Below, one piece after another: positions 8,586 through 17,968 of a DNA stretch of 64,000 nucleotides; position 1 is the first letter of the stretch, and the number at the start of each line of letters is the position of its first letter. The notes beneath the pieces are model-generated. The model did no database searches. It saw nothing but the letters and a program-made list of their open reading frames with translations, and had not been told where the DNA came from. The stretch is from NCBI GenBank assembly GCA_016186915.1, contig JACPKU010000004.1, forward strand, positions 3,168 to 67,167. Direction: 5' to 3'. Position numbers and translations under genes: made by a program. Origin of the DNA: Candidatus Doudnabacteria bacterium (lineage in GTDB: Bacteria > Patescibacteriota > Doudnabacteria > UBA920 > O2-02-FULL-48-8).

Positions 8586-8790
8586 GTTGCGTACCCCGTC
8601 CTATCCTTGTGGTAGGCGGGGGTAGGCAACATAAGGTCGCTCGGTACATTTGCAAAAACTACCGGTCGTCAAACTCTGCTGAGTTTGCGACCTACGTGCT
8701 CGCGCCGTCGCGCTGCGCAGGTTAGTTTTGCAAAGCACCTCGCTTAAGAGAAAAAGGTAACGGAAGACCTTATGTTGCTTACAACGCAAT
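8586..8790 (+). ncRNA. candidate structured ncRNA (6S-like long irregular hairpin) or long 5' leader
   Basis: Starts right after the promoter; long-range stems GTAGGCAACATAAGGTC/GACCTTATGTTGCTTAC and TTTGCAAAAACTA/TAGTTTTGCAAA. Confidence 0.45.
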
Positions 8791-8864
8791 AAGTTCTTTA
8801 CATATAATGTCTGTCCCGCCCGGTCGGATGACTGGGCGGGAGCAAGACCAATAAGAAAGGAAGG

Positions 8865-9479
8865 TTGATTGAAATGACCGCCCGTTTTGTGAGGTTGAAC
8901 AGTAAGGCTATTATTTCCGTAATCGCTTTACTTTCATTGTTAACCAACATGCAATTCGCATCAGAAGTTAACGCTGAAGTTCAAACCGAAAACAAAACTC
9001 GACAAGTCTTTGAAATCAAAAACTTTCCACGAATTACAATTCCCGCCATTGATGAATTGCCAGAAGATATGATAGTTGAACCAGGCGAAGTAAACCTCGA
9101 TACGCTTAAATTAAAAAATTCAGAAGTGCTAGCAGAATACTTGGCAAGCAAGCAATCTCCTTTGTCTGACAAGGCTAACTACTTGCTGAACCAGCGAGAC
9201 TGGAGATTGATTATTGCCATTTCCCAAGCCGAATCCCAGATGTGTAAAAGACAGTTGGGCTACAACTGTTGGGGCATCGGCGGCGGAGCTCATCGAAAAT
9301 ATCCAAACCTTGAGTTCGCAATTACTGACGCGCAAACCGTGATCGGTAAATACGTTGATAGTGGCGCAGATACTGCTAAAGAAATCCTGCCAAACTATGT
9401 CGGCTGGGATAACCAAAACTGGGTCTATGCTGTAAATGCCGTGCTGTACCAATTAGACCAGTTGCCAATTGAAGCATAA
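8865..9479 (+). CDS. secreted lysozyme-like / glucosaminidase-like protein
   Basis: Signal/TM segment, YL....SPL, IAISQAES, NCWGIG; SD-like AAGGAAGG. Confidence 0.65.
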   Translation: MIEMTARFVRLNSKAIISVIALLSLLTNMQFASEVNAEVQTENKTRQVFEIKNFPRITIPAIDELPEDMIVEPGEVNLDTLKLKNSEVLAEYLASKQSPLSDKANYLLNQRDWRLIIAISQAESQMCKRQLGYNCWGIGGGAHRKYPNLEFAITDAQTVIGKYVDSGADTAKEILPNYVGWDNQNWVYAVNAVLYQLDQLPIEA

Positions 9480-9484
9480 AACTA

Positions 9485-9514
9485 AACCCCCTCGCTTGAG
9501 TGCGAGGGGGTTTT
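9485..9514. terminator. bidirectional terminator
   Basis: AAACCCCCTCGC-TTGAGT-GCGAGGGGGTTT. Confidence 0.8.
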
Positions 9515-9527
9515 AAAATTTCCTTTC

Positions 9528-9614
9528 TGGTGCCCGAGGAGGGAGTCGAACCCTCAATCCCGTAAGGGCAATCGATTTTAAGTCGATCCTGTATCCCAGT
9601 TCCAGCACTCGGGC
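9528..9614 (-). tRNA. tRNA-Leu(TAA)
   Basis: GCCCGAG...CTCGGGC-ACCA, ATCGA-CTTAAAA-TCGAT. Confidence 0.95.
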
Positions 9615-9649
9615 TTTGCTTGCACTTCGTAGCTCAAAGAGCGAAGAAG

Positions 9650-9678
9650 TGGAGGCCACGGCGGGATTTGCACGCCGA
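9650..9678 (-). other. orphan tRNA 3'-end fragment (T-arm, acceptor strand, CCA)
   Basis: Minus strand GGCGTGCAAATCCCGCCGTGGCCTCCA resembles the 3' end of tRNA-Cys. Confidence 0.55.
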
Positions 9679-9718
9679 TAGTACAGCCTACGGCTGACTA
9701 CGGGGCAGACCTGTTGAT

Positions 9719-9792
9719 TGGAGGCGTGAACGGGAGTTGCACCCGTCTAAAGGGTTTTGCAGACCCTTGCCTAACTGATCGGCCATCACGCC
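9719..9792 (-). tRNA. tRNA-Cys(GCA)
   Basis: GGCGTGA...TCACGCC-TCCA, U73 discriminator, AGGGT-CTGCAAA-ACCCT. Confidence 0.9.
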
Positions 9793-9900
9793 AACTTTAA
9801 CTATTATACTTACTTTCGAAGAATTTATAAAGCTAACATTCTATCCACATGCTCACATTGACCCCTTAAATAATTTTTGTTACTGTTGCTTATAGTAAAC

Positions 9901-10581
9901 ATGGACATTCTACATATTCAGAAACTAAACAAAATTTTCCTTAAAGCGACCCACGATAAGCTGCCAATCAGCTACAAACTCGGCGTGCTTGTTCTGTTAA
10001 TAAGTTTATTAGGCCTCAGCGCGCCTCATCAAACAATCGCCCTCGATTCCGAAGCAGAACTGCAAGCCATTGTCTTCGTCCAAGGCGACCAATATGAATA
10101 CCTCAATCTGCTGAAGGAGCTGGCCGAGAAAAATTATCGGATCGATAAACTGAAAAATGAACTGAACAAACAAAGAACTCTGGCCGGCGCCGTGCGAGTG
10201 TATCTGGAAGCTTACCGCTCGCCATTAGCTGGTCACGTCGAAACCCTGATTAAGGCCCGTAACTGGAAAAAGATTGTGGCCTTGGCCAACGCGGAAAGTT
10301 CCCTGTGCCGGAACTACCCGGAAACCACTGCCAACTGTTGGGGAGTAGGCGGTTCAGATTTATGGGTCATGGGCAGCAATTTGGATGAAGGCATTCTGGC
10401 CATGGATGAGTTTTTAATTACTTCTCCGAAAAAATCCGAAATAAAATATACTGATATGAGCTTTGAGCAAATGAACGGCCTATACAAACAGCCAGCCAGA
10501 GACCATTGGGTTGAAAACACTCTGATGATTTATAATGATCTGGAGGCTATCGAAAATAATTTGGCAGGGAACAGTATTTAA
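9901..10581 (+). CDS. secreted lysozyme-like protein (paralog of 8865-9479)
   Basis: TM segment, YL..YRSPL, VALANAES, NCWGVGG. Confidence 0.65.
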   Translation: MDILHIQKLNKIFLKATHDKLPISYKLGVLVLLISLLGLSAPHQTIALDSEAELQAIVFVQGDQYEYLNLLKELAEKNYRIDKLKNELNKQRTLAGAVRVYLEAYRSPLAGHVETLIKARNWKKIVALANAESSLCRNYPETTANCWGVGGSDLWVMGSNLDEGILAMDEFLITSPKKSEIKYTDMSFEQMNGLYKQPARDHWVENTLMIYNDLEAIENNLAGNSI

Positions 10582-10600
10582 ACCAAAGTTACATTACAAA

Positions 10601-10639
10601 ACAAAGGTCACCTTTGCAATATGCAAAGGTGACCTTTGT
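10601..10639. terminator. perfect inverted repeat between convergent genes
   Basis: ACAAAGGTCACCTTTGCA-ATA-TGCAAAGGTGACCTTTGT. Confidence 0.7.
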
Positions 10640-10647
10640 AATTACTG

Positions 10648-11775
10648 CTATTCTTCCTTCAAAGCAGTTAAAGCGCGTAGTGACAATCCGAGCCTGTGTT
10701 CTTGCGGTTCAATCGAAATAATCTTAAATTCTCTTTCCTCTCCGACCTTGATAAGCTCCAAGGTATCTTTTACTTCCTCGTTGGACAGTTCCACTGAATG
10801 AACCAACCCATAAATATCCGGATCTAGCTCAACAAATGCTCCAAAGGGCATAACCTTAGTAACCTTGCCTTTGACAATCTGACCCACTTCGTATTTTTGG
10901 ATTGACTCCAGCCACGGATCCTTTTCCAACCTTTTAATGGACAAAGAAATTCTCCCTTTTTCAATGGAGATTATCTGGGCTTTAATTTTTTGGCCAACCT
11001 TGAAAAGATCTTTGGGATGGTCAATTCTACTCCAAGCCAGCTCGGAGATGTGGACCAAGCCCTCCAAGCCCTCACCAAACTTGATGAAGATCCCAAAATC
11101 AACAATGCCGGTAACTTCGCCTTCTACAATTTCATTAATCTTCAACTTGTCGATTTTTGAACGTAACTCGTCTTCGTTGACTGCCTTCTCCGAAACAATC
11201 AACTTTTCATCCTCCGGGTCAGCAGTAATGATCTGCACGTCAAAAATCTGATTGACGTAAGATTTTAGGATTTCTAAAATTTTGATCTTGTCTCCTTCTT
11301 CGACTCTTGGATAGTGCTCAGTCGAAAGCTGGGAAACCGGCAAAAATCCAGTGACGCTATTCACTTCCACCATTAAGCCACCTTTGTTGGCCTCTAAAAT
11401 TTTGGTCTTGATCGTTTCTTTACTTTTCATTCTGTCAACCAGGGTCTTCCAAACGCGCTCTTGCCCGGCTTGTCTGAAAGAAAGTTCAATGTTACCATCT
11501 TTGTTTTCTGCTTCCAGCACTGAGGCAAAGACCTGGTCTCCAGCCTTGAGGGAAGCCAGAGAGACAGCGTCGTCATACAACTCTCTTCCTCTAACCACGC
11601 CCAGGCCAATACCTGGAACGTCAATATAGACTTCGTTCTTCCCAACAGAAAAAACTCGACCTTCCAGAACATCACCAGTTTTAATCACCTTGATGTCCGT
11701 GCCCTCCTGCGCCAACAACTCCTGCATGGTTACTGCTTGATTGTGGGACAGAATGGCTGTAGTTTCGTTTGACAT
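10648..11775 (-). CDS. rpsA: 30S ribosomal protein S1 (4 S1 domains)
   Basis: NKGGL, GFLPVSQL, FGIFI..EGLVHISEL, RISLSIK repeats. Confidence 0.9.
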   Translation of the reverse strand: MSNETTAILSHNQAVTMQELLAQEGTDIKVIKTGDVLEGRVFSVGKNEVYIDVPGIGLGVVRGRELYDDAVSLASLKAGDQVFASVLEAENKDGNIELSFRQAGQERVWKTLVDRMKSKETIKTKILEANKGGLMVEVNSVTGFLPVSQLSTEHYPRVEEGDKIKILEILKSYVNQIFDVQIITADPEDEKLIVSEKAVNEDELRSKIDKLKINEIVEGEVTGIVDFGIFIKFGEGLEGLVHISELAWSRIDHPKDLFKVGQKIKAQIISIEKGRISLSIKRLEKDPWLESIQKYEVGQIVKGKVTKVMPFGAFVELDPDIYGLVHSVELSNEEVKDTLELIKVGEEREFKIISIEPQEHRLGLSLRALTALKEE

Positions 11776-11920
11776 TTTCGTTAAAGTTGATCCAGCTGTT
11801 CAACGCTGTGACAGCTTGGGTATCGAACCTTATTATATGCTAAATTATGGAGAGAATCAAGCCCATTTTTGACTTGTTCAGCCTTCTCAAATCCCTCTAA
11901 ATTTGCTAAAATATCTATAT

Positions 11921-12550
11921 ATGACAATTTCTTGGTTTGGGTTGTCCAGTTTTAAAATTACTGGCAAGGACATCACTATTATTACCGATCCGTTTGGAAG
12001 CAAATCCGGATTGACCCCAGTAAGAGGGGCGGCTGACGTAATCGTCTCTACTAATCCTGAACATCCTTGGTGCAACAGCTTTTCTTCCGTTTCGTCAACT
12101 CCTTTTATAATCTCGGGTCCTGGAGAGTTTGATATCAAAGGGGCTTTTATTATCGGTGCTCCGGCAGAAAATAAAGAGTTGGGTGCTTCCACTATTTATG
12201 CCATAGAAATTGAAGACGTTAGACTGGCTTTTATTGGCCCCATCCAACAAACTCAACTAACTGAACCCCAGCAACAAATTATGGAAGGCGCGGATATAGT
12301 TTTGGTGCCCGTGGGCAACAAGCAGGTTTTAGATTATGAGTCAGCGGCCAGGATCGCCACCCAATTAGAACCGTTTATCGTCATCCCTCACAGTTTCAAA
12401 ATCCCCAAACTCGATGCTGATCTCGACAAGATTGATAAATTTTTAAAAGAGATGGGTAGCAAATCAGAAGAAATGGAAAAACTAACAATTAAGAAAAAGG
12501 ACCTGTCCGGCGAAGGATCAAGATTAGTGATTCTTACTCCGATGCGCTAA
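11921..12550 (+). CDS. MBL-fold (Zn-hydrolase-like) protein with degenerate metal motifs
   Basis: ISWFGLSSFKI, ITDPF, GPGEFDIKG, LVPVG; HxHxDH absent. Confidence 0.75.
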   Translation: MTISWFGLSSFKITGKDITIITDPFGSKSGLTPVRGAADVIVSTNPEHPWCNSFSSVSSTPFIISGPGEFDIKGAFIIGAPAENKELGASTIYAIEIEDVRLAFIGPIQQTQLTEPQQQIMEGADIVLVPVGNKQVLDYESAARIATQLEPFIVIPHSFKIPKLDADLDKIDKFLKEMGSKSEEMEKLTIKKKDLSGEGSRLVILTPMR

Positions 12551-12555
12551 ATTAA

Positions 12556-13140
12556 ATGAGCCTTAATAGTTTTATCCGCAACCTGCAAAACAAACCATAC
12601 GGAGCAAGAATCCGGATTCTTTGGACGACCACAATTATTATTGGTATCGTTCTCGTTGCTGTCTGGCTTGCCACGCTAAAAAACAATATTTCAAATTTGG
12701 GAGGAGAAAATATTCTGGGGGACAACCCTCTTCCCGACAACAATTTTCTGGCGGATCAAGGGAATCAAGCCCAAAACAATTATATAACCGCGGAGCGGAC
12801 AGGGTTAACACCAGCTGGCGCTTCAGAAATATTTTTTAAGGTCAATAACCCCACCCAAGACATCTTAAACTTCTCCCCTCTGGACCAAATAGAATTAAAA
12901 GTTGGTCAAACAATCTTAACCCCGCTTAAACTAACCAACCGGCAAGGACAAACGTTTGTCAAAAAAATCCTCTCCAACACCGAAAACTTTGGCACCCTAA
13001 CCTTTCAACAGATTGAAGCAGACAACGGTACCTTGATTTTTGATAACTTGTTTTTCGAACAAGCACCAACCAACATTTTTAAAGAAACTCTGGAATTGGA
13101 TTTTAAAAACCTAAGCAAGACGCAGGAACTAAGAGACTAG
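12556..13140 (+). CDS. membrane-anchored hypothetical protein
   Basis: LQNKP..R.RIL followed by a TM helix; operonic with gyrA. Confidence 0.7.
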   Translation: MSLNSFIRNLQNKPYGARIRILWTTTIIIGIVLVAVWLATLKNNISNLGGENILGDNPLPDNNFLADQGNQAQNNYITAERTGLTPAGASEIFFKVNNPTQDILNFSPLDQIELKVGQTILTPLKLTNRQGQTFVKKILSNTENFGTLTFQQIEADNGTLIFDNLFFEQAPTNIFKETLELDFKNLSKTQELRD

Positions 13141-13144
13141 CTTT

Positions 13145-15604
13145 ATGGCCAAAGAAGAACCAACCCCTATAAACAATATTGGTCAAGTCAACCAACGTCC
13201 GATTGAGCAGGAGATGGAGGAGTCGTACTTAGATTACGCCATGAGCGTGATTGTGGCCCGGGCACTGCCTGATGTGCGGGACGGATTGAAACCAGTGCAC
13301 AGACGCATTTTGTATGCCATGTCAGAACTGGGACTTCGAAACAATGCCAAGTTTAGAAAATCCGCGGCTGTGGTTGGGGAAGTGTTGGCCAAGTACCACC
13401 CGCATGGCGATGTCGCGGTATATGATTCTTTGGTGCGCCTAGCACAGACCTTCGCCATGCGCTACCCCCTAATTGACGGCCAAGGAAACTTCGGCTCTAT
13501 GGACGGCGACGCGCCAGCGGCCATGCGTTACACAGAAGCGCGCATGCAAACTCTCGCAGAAGAGATTCTCTCGGATTTGGAAAAAGAAACCGTGAACTGG
13601 ATGGACAACTATGACGCCACCAAAAAAGAGCCGATGGTTTTGCCAGCCAAAGCTCCCAATCTTCTGCTGAATGGAACTTTGGGAATCGCGGTTGGCATGG
13701 CCACTGACATTCCACCCCACAACTTGAAAGAAGTGGTGGACGCGACCACCAAGTTGATTGATGATCCAACTGCCACTACGGAAGATCTTTTGGAATTTAT
13801 CCAAGGACCCGATTTCCCGACTGGGGGAATAATTTACGACTGGAATGCCATCAAACAAATCTATGCCACGGGTCGCGGACCGGTGGTAACCCGAGCAAAA
13901 ACTGAAATTGTGGAAAACAAAGGGCTGCACCAAATTATTATCACGGAAATTCCTTATCGGGTAAACAAGGCTTCCTTGCTGGAACAGTTCGCCGAACTGG
14001 TGAAGAATAAAAAAGTGGAAGGGATTAGGGATTTGCGGGACGAATCAGATAAAGACGGGGTGAGGATTGTCATTGATTTGAAAAAAGAAGGACTGCCGAA
14101 CAAAATTCTAAACCAGCTGTATAAATACAGCAGTCTGCAGGACACTTTCCACGCCAACATGCTGGCCTTGGTGGACGGGATTGAGCCAAAGGTCCTGAAT
14201 TTAAAAAATCTGTTGGAGTATTTTATTGCCCACCGCGTGGAGGTAATCAAGCGGCGCACCGCGTATGATTTAAATAAAGCCAAAGAACGCGCCCATATTT
14301 TGGAAGGCTTGAAAAAAGCCCTGGATCATATTGACGCGGTGATTGACACCATCAAAAAATCCGCAACCACAGAAGAAGCGCACGTGGCGCTGATGAAAAA
14401 GTACAAACTCAGCGAAATGCAGGCCACTGCAATTTTACAAATGCAGCTGCGCGCCCTGGCCGGACTGGAGCGAAAGAAAGTAGACGACGAACTAAAAGAG
14501 AAAAAGAGACTGATTGCCGAATTGGAGGATCTTTTGCAGAGCGAGAAAAAGATAAAAACCGTGATCAAAACCGAACTTAACCGGCTGAAAGAACAATACG
14601 GCGACGAGCGCAGAACCAAACTGGTCAAACAGCCGATTGGTGAATTTAAAGTAGAAGACTTGATTCCTAACGAACAAGTAATTGTAATTATCACCAAATC
14701 TGGATACGTCAAGCGGGTTGCCGGCGACACTTATAAGTCCCAGGGACGCGGGGGCAAGGGCGTGATTGGCATGACCACGAAAGAAGAGGACGTGGTGGAG
14801 TGGCTCAAAACCACCAACACTCACGACGACATACTCTTCTTCACCAACAAAGGTCGGGTATTCCAAACCAAAGTTTACGAACTGCCCGAATCTTCTCGCA
14901 CCGCCCGCGGCCAAGCCTTGGTCAACTTCTTGGATCTGCCCAACGACGAGATGGTCAGCTCGGTGCTGGCCATTGCCAAAAAAGAACCAGCGGCTTATCT
15001 GGTACTATGCACCAAAAAAGGACTGATCAAAAAAACTCCGATTGAAGAATTCGCCAAGGTTAGACGGTCCGGCCTGATTGCCATTAAACTGAAAGTCGGC
15101 GACGAGCTAAGATGGGTCAAATCCTCATCTGGCAAGGATGATGTCATCCTGTCCACATCGGGCGGCCAGGCCATCCGCTTTGATGAAAAAGATGTCCGAG
15201 CCATGGGCCGGACCGCTGCGGGAGTGAAAGGCATGCGGCTCAAAAAAGATGACTGGATTATGAGTATGGATTTGGTAACCAAAAAGGGCGACCTAGACAA
15301 CGTCCAGCTTTTGATTGTTACAGAAAACGGTCTTGGAAAAAAGACAGACCTGAAATTCTATAAGCGCCAAAAACGCGGCGGCTCTGGCATTAAAACGATT
15401 AAACTAAGCGCCAAAACCGGCAACATTGTCTCTCTTCACGTAATAGACAAGTCAGAAGAAAGAGACCTGGTGGTGATTACCAAAGCCGGACAAACACTGC
15501 GCACGCCGGTGGGGAAAATTTCAACTTTGGGCCGCGCCACTCAGGGTGTTAAAATCATGACTTTGGAAGATAAGGACAAGGTGGCAACAACCACGATCAT
15601 ATAA
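13145..15604 (+). CDS. gyrA: DNA gyrase subunit A
   Basis: [31 protein letters not shown], GyrA-box QGRGGKG, beta-pinwheel repeats. Confidence 0.98.
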   Translation: MAKEEPTPINNIGQVNQRPIEQEMEESYLDYAMSVIVARALPDVRDGLKPVHRRILYAMSELGLRNNAKFRKSAAVVGEVLAKYHPHGDVAVYDSLVRLAQTFAMRYPLIDGQGNFGSMDGDAPAAMRYTEARMQTLAEEILSDLEKETVNWMDNYDATKKEPMVLPAKAPNLLLNGTLGIAVGMATDIPPHNLKEVVDATTKLIDDPTATTEDLLEFIQGPDFPTGGIIYDWNAIKQIYATGRGPVVTRAKTEIVENKGLHQIIITEIPYRVNKASLLEQFAELVKNKKVEGIRDLRDESDKDGVRIVIDLKKEGLPNKILNQLYKYSSLQDTFHANMLALVDGIEPKVLNLKNLLEYFIAHRVEVIKRRTAYDLNKAKERAHILEGLKKALDHIDAVIDTIKKSATTEEAHVALMKKYKLSEMQATAILQMQLRALAGLERKKVDDELKEKKRLIAELEDLLQSEKKIKTVIKTELNRLKEQYGDERRTKLVKQPIGEFKVEDLIPNEQVIVIITKSGYVKRVAGDTYKSQGRGGKGVIGMTTKEEDVVEWLKTTNTHDDILFFTNKGRVFQTKVYELPESSRTARGQALVNFLDLPNDEMVSSVLAIAKKEPAAYLVLCTKKGLIKKTPIEEFAKVRRSGLIAIKLKVGDELRWVKSSSGKDDVILSTSGGQAIRFDEKDVRAMGRTAAGVKGMRLKKDDWIMSMDLVTKKGDLDNVQLLIVTENGLGKKTDLKFYKRQKRGGSGIKTIKLSAKTGNIVSLHVIDKSEERDLVVITKAGQTLRTPVGKISTLGRATQGVKIMTLEDKDKVATTTII

Positions 15605-15606
15605 GC

Positions 15607-16054
15607 CCCAAATAACAAATTACAAGTTCCAATTAAAATCCAATGTCTCAAATCCCAAACAATAAATACGACTTGGAGGAGAGGACGTTTAAATTTTCTA
15701 AATCTGTAGCAATATTTTGTAATAAACTGCCGAAAACTGCGTCCAACTTTGAGCAGTCAAGACAAGTTATCAGGTCTTCAGGATCCATAGGGGCAAACTA
15801 CATAGAGGCTAACGAATCTTTAGGCGACAAAGACTTTAAGATGAAATTGAAAACTTGTCGCAAAGAAGCTAAAGAATCAGCATACTGGCTTAGATTAATT
15901 ACAGAGCTTAACTAAGAAATAAAAGAAGAAGCGGGTAAACTTTACAACGAAGCGATAGAGCTTAAAAAAATATTTTCTACTATCATTAATAACACCAAAT
16001 GATTGAAAATTGAAATTTGGTGTTTAATTGTTATTTGGTGCTTGTAATTTGGGA
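15607..16054. mobile_element. putative four-helix-bundle mini-element bounded by inverted degenerate heptamer arrays
   Basis: CCAAATAACAA and CAAATTACAAG upstream; their reverse complements TTGTTATTTGG and CTTGTAATTTG downstream. Confidence 0.55.
15643..16002 (+). pseudogene. four-helix-bundle (23S rRNA-IVP / TIGR02436-like) protein with internal TAA at 15913-15915
   Basis: DLEERT, QVIRSSGSIGANYIEA, KEAKESAYWLRL; the frame continues past the stop as EIKEEAGKLYNEAIELKKIFSTII to TGA at 16002. Confidence 0.8.
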
Positions 16055-16063
16055 TTTCTCCCT

Positions 16064-16729
16064 ATGCTCTACCTAGTCGCCACCCCGATTGGAAACTTGA
16101 AAGACATTACATTGCGCGCGCTGGAAACTTTATCAGCCTGCGATTTCATCATTGCCGAAAACCCAAAGAACAGTTTGAAACTTCTGCAGCATTATCAAAT
16201 CCCGAAAAAACAAATCATCCAGTTTGCCGAACACAATGAGCAAAGAGTACTTCCAACCCTAATCCCTAAACTTAAATCCCAAAACGCCTGCTTAATCACT
16301 GACGCTGGCACCCCGGGCATTTCCGACCCTGGGTTCCGCTTGGTTCGCGCCTGTATTCAAGAAGGTATTGAGGTGGTCAGCGTTCCGGGACCGTCCGCTG
16401 TACTTACTGCGCTCACGACTTCCGGGCTGCCCACGGACAGATTTTTGTTCGTGGGATTTTTACCTAGGACCGAAAACAAAATAGTTAAACTGATAAAACT
16501 CGGCCACGAGACTGCAAGCACCTTGATTGCGTTTGATTCTCCGCACAGAATAATAAAAACCGTTGGGTTTATTAAAAATATCCATCCGGATTGTAAAATA
16601 GTAGTGGCCAGAGAGCTTACCAAGCTCCATGAAGAACTGCTTCAAGGAACCCCAGAAAAAGTTTTAGAAAAACTTAATGCCATGCCAAGTGTTAGAGGCG
16701 AGATCACTCTTCTGGTTTCATTTAAATAA
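16064..16729 (+). CDS. rsmI: 16S rRNA (cytidine1402-2'-O)-methyltransferase
   Basis: LYLVATPIGNLKDIT.RA, DAGTPGISDPG, VARELTKLHEE. Confidence 0.95.
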   Translation: MLYLVATPIGNLKDITLRALETLSACDFIIAENPKNSLKLLQHYQIPKKQIIQFAEHNEQRVLPTLIPKLKSQNACLITDAGTPGISDPGFRLVRACIQEGIEVVSVPGPSAVLTALTTSGLPTDRFLFVGFLPRTENKIVKLIKLGHETASTLIAFDSPHRIIKTVGFIKNIHPDCKIVVARELTKLHEELLQGTPEKVLEKLNAMPSVRGEITLLVSFK

Positions 16730-16732
16730 TTT

Positions 16733-17452
16733 ATGTCCGGACACTCTAAATGGTCGACAATTAAACGGCAAAAAGGCGTCGCTGACCAAAAGCGGGGACA
16801 GCTCTTCACCAAGCTGGCCCGGGCGATTTCGGTTGCGGTAAAAACCGGCGGCGGAACAGATCCAACCTTTAATTTTAAGCTTCGCATGGCAATTGATAAG
16901 GCGAAGGACAGCGCCATGCCCAATGACAACATTGAACGAGCGATTAAACGCGGCAGTGGCGAAGGCAAAGATAGTATTATTGAGGCTGTGACTTACGAAG
17001 GCTATGGACCTGCTGGCGCCGCACTTTTGGTTGAGACAATCACGGACAATAAAAATCGCACCACAGCCAACATCCGCTCCATTTTCAATAAACACGAAGG
17101 CAAATTGGGCGAACAGGGATCAGTGGGCTGGATGTTTGAAGCGAAAGGAGAAATTCTGGTGGAGAAGCAACCTGGGATCGAAGATCTCTCAATGGAACTG
17201 ATTGATCAGGGTGTGGAAGATGTAAAAATTACAGACGAAGGCTTAGAGATCTATACCTTACCTCTCGATTTGGAAAAGATAAAAAAGTTTATCACTGACA
17301 AGGGACTGAAGATCTTAAGCGCTGAGCCGATTATGCGCCCGGCGCAAAACATAGAAGCTGTGGAGGGGGATGCTAAAAAAATCCAAGGCCTAATTGAAGC
17401 ACTTGAGGATGACGATGACGTGATTAAGGTGCACACCAACGTAAATCTATGA
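16733..17452 (+). CDS. yebC: YebC/PmpR family protein
   Basis: MSGHSKWSTIKRQKG, YEGYGPAG, TDNKNRT. Confidence 0.95.
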   Translation: MSGHSKWSTIKRQKGVADQKRGQLFTKLARAISVAVKTGGGTDPTFNFKLRMAIDKAKDSAMPNDNIERAIKRGSGEGKDSIIEAVTYEGYGPAGAALLVETITDNKNRTTANIRSIFNKHEGKLGEQGSVGWMFEAKGEILVEKQPGIEDLSMELIDQGVEDVKITDEGLEIYTLPLDLEKIKKFITDKGLKILSAEPIMRPAQNIEAVEGDAKKIQGLIEALEDDDDVIKVHTNVNL

Positions 17453-17919
17453 GAATCCTTGGAATTGATCCTGGAACCGGACGAACTGGCTATGCGGTTC
17501 TGGAACATCAAAAAAATAAAACCCGGCTGTTGGAAGCTGGCTGCATTACCACCGGTTCTACCGAGGCAGATTCGGATAGGCTGTTGGAAATAAAACAAGA
17601 CCTGGCGCAAATCATTAAAAAATGGGAGCCGGACACCGCTTGCCTGGAATCATTGTTTTTCACCAGCAATGCCAAAACCGCTATCAAAGTCGGACAAGCC
17701 CGGGGAGTGGCGATGGTAGTTGCAGCTGAACATAAACTTAAAATCGTAGAAGTGACCCCGCTGCAAGTCAAAATCGCTACCACGGGATACGGCAAGGCAG
17801 ATAAAAAACAAGTCCAACGAATGATTCAAAAACTTTTAAACCTAAAAAAAATTCCCAAACCCGATGACGCGGCAGATGCGGCAGCCATTGCCTGGGCAGG
17901 GATAGGCCGCTCGTCTTAA
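17449..17919 (+). CDS. ruvC: Holliday junction resolvase
   Basis: ILGIDPG, E.LFF..N, GQARG, KPDDAADA. Confidence 0.95.
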   Translation: MRILGIDPGTGRTGYAVLEHQKNKTRLLEAGCITTGSTEADSDRLLEIKQDLAQIIKKWEPDTACLESLFFTSNAKTAIKVGQARGVAMVVAAEHKLKIVEVTPLQVKIATTGYGKADKKQVQRMIQKLLNLKKIPKPDDAADAAAIAWAGIGRSS

Positions 17920-17957
17920 TTGGACAACCATAGAACGATAGGTGGGTAGTTGTCCAA
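17920..17957. repeat. REP-like hairpin repeat, copy 1 of 3 (others at 41713-41748 and 54144-54179)
   Basis: TTGGACAACC...CGATAGGTGGGTAGTTGTCCAA. Confidence 0.75.
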
Positions 17958-17968
17958 AGTAGATAAGA

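Noticed and set aside
8601-8789. 62-aa minus-strand ORF over the structured RNA
   Set aside because: No RBS or motifs; the plus-strand promoter and base pairing explain the region better
15913-15915. Alternative genetic code (stop-codon reassignment)
   Set aside because: The interrupting codon is TAA, and TAA, TAG and TGA all end conserved genes at expected positions elsewhere in the window
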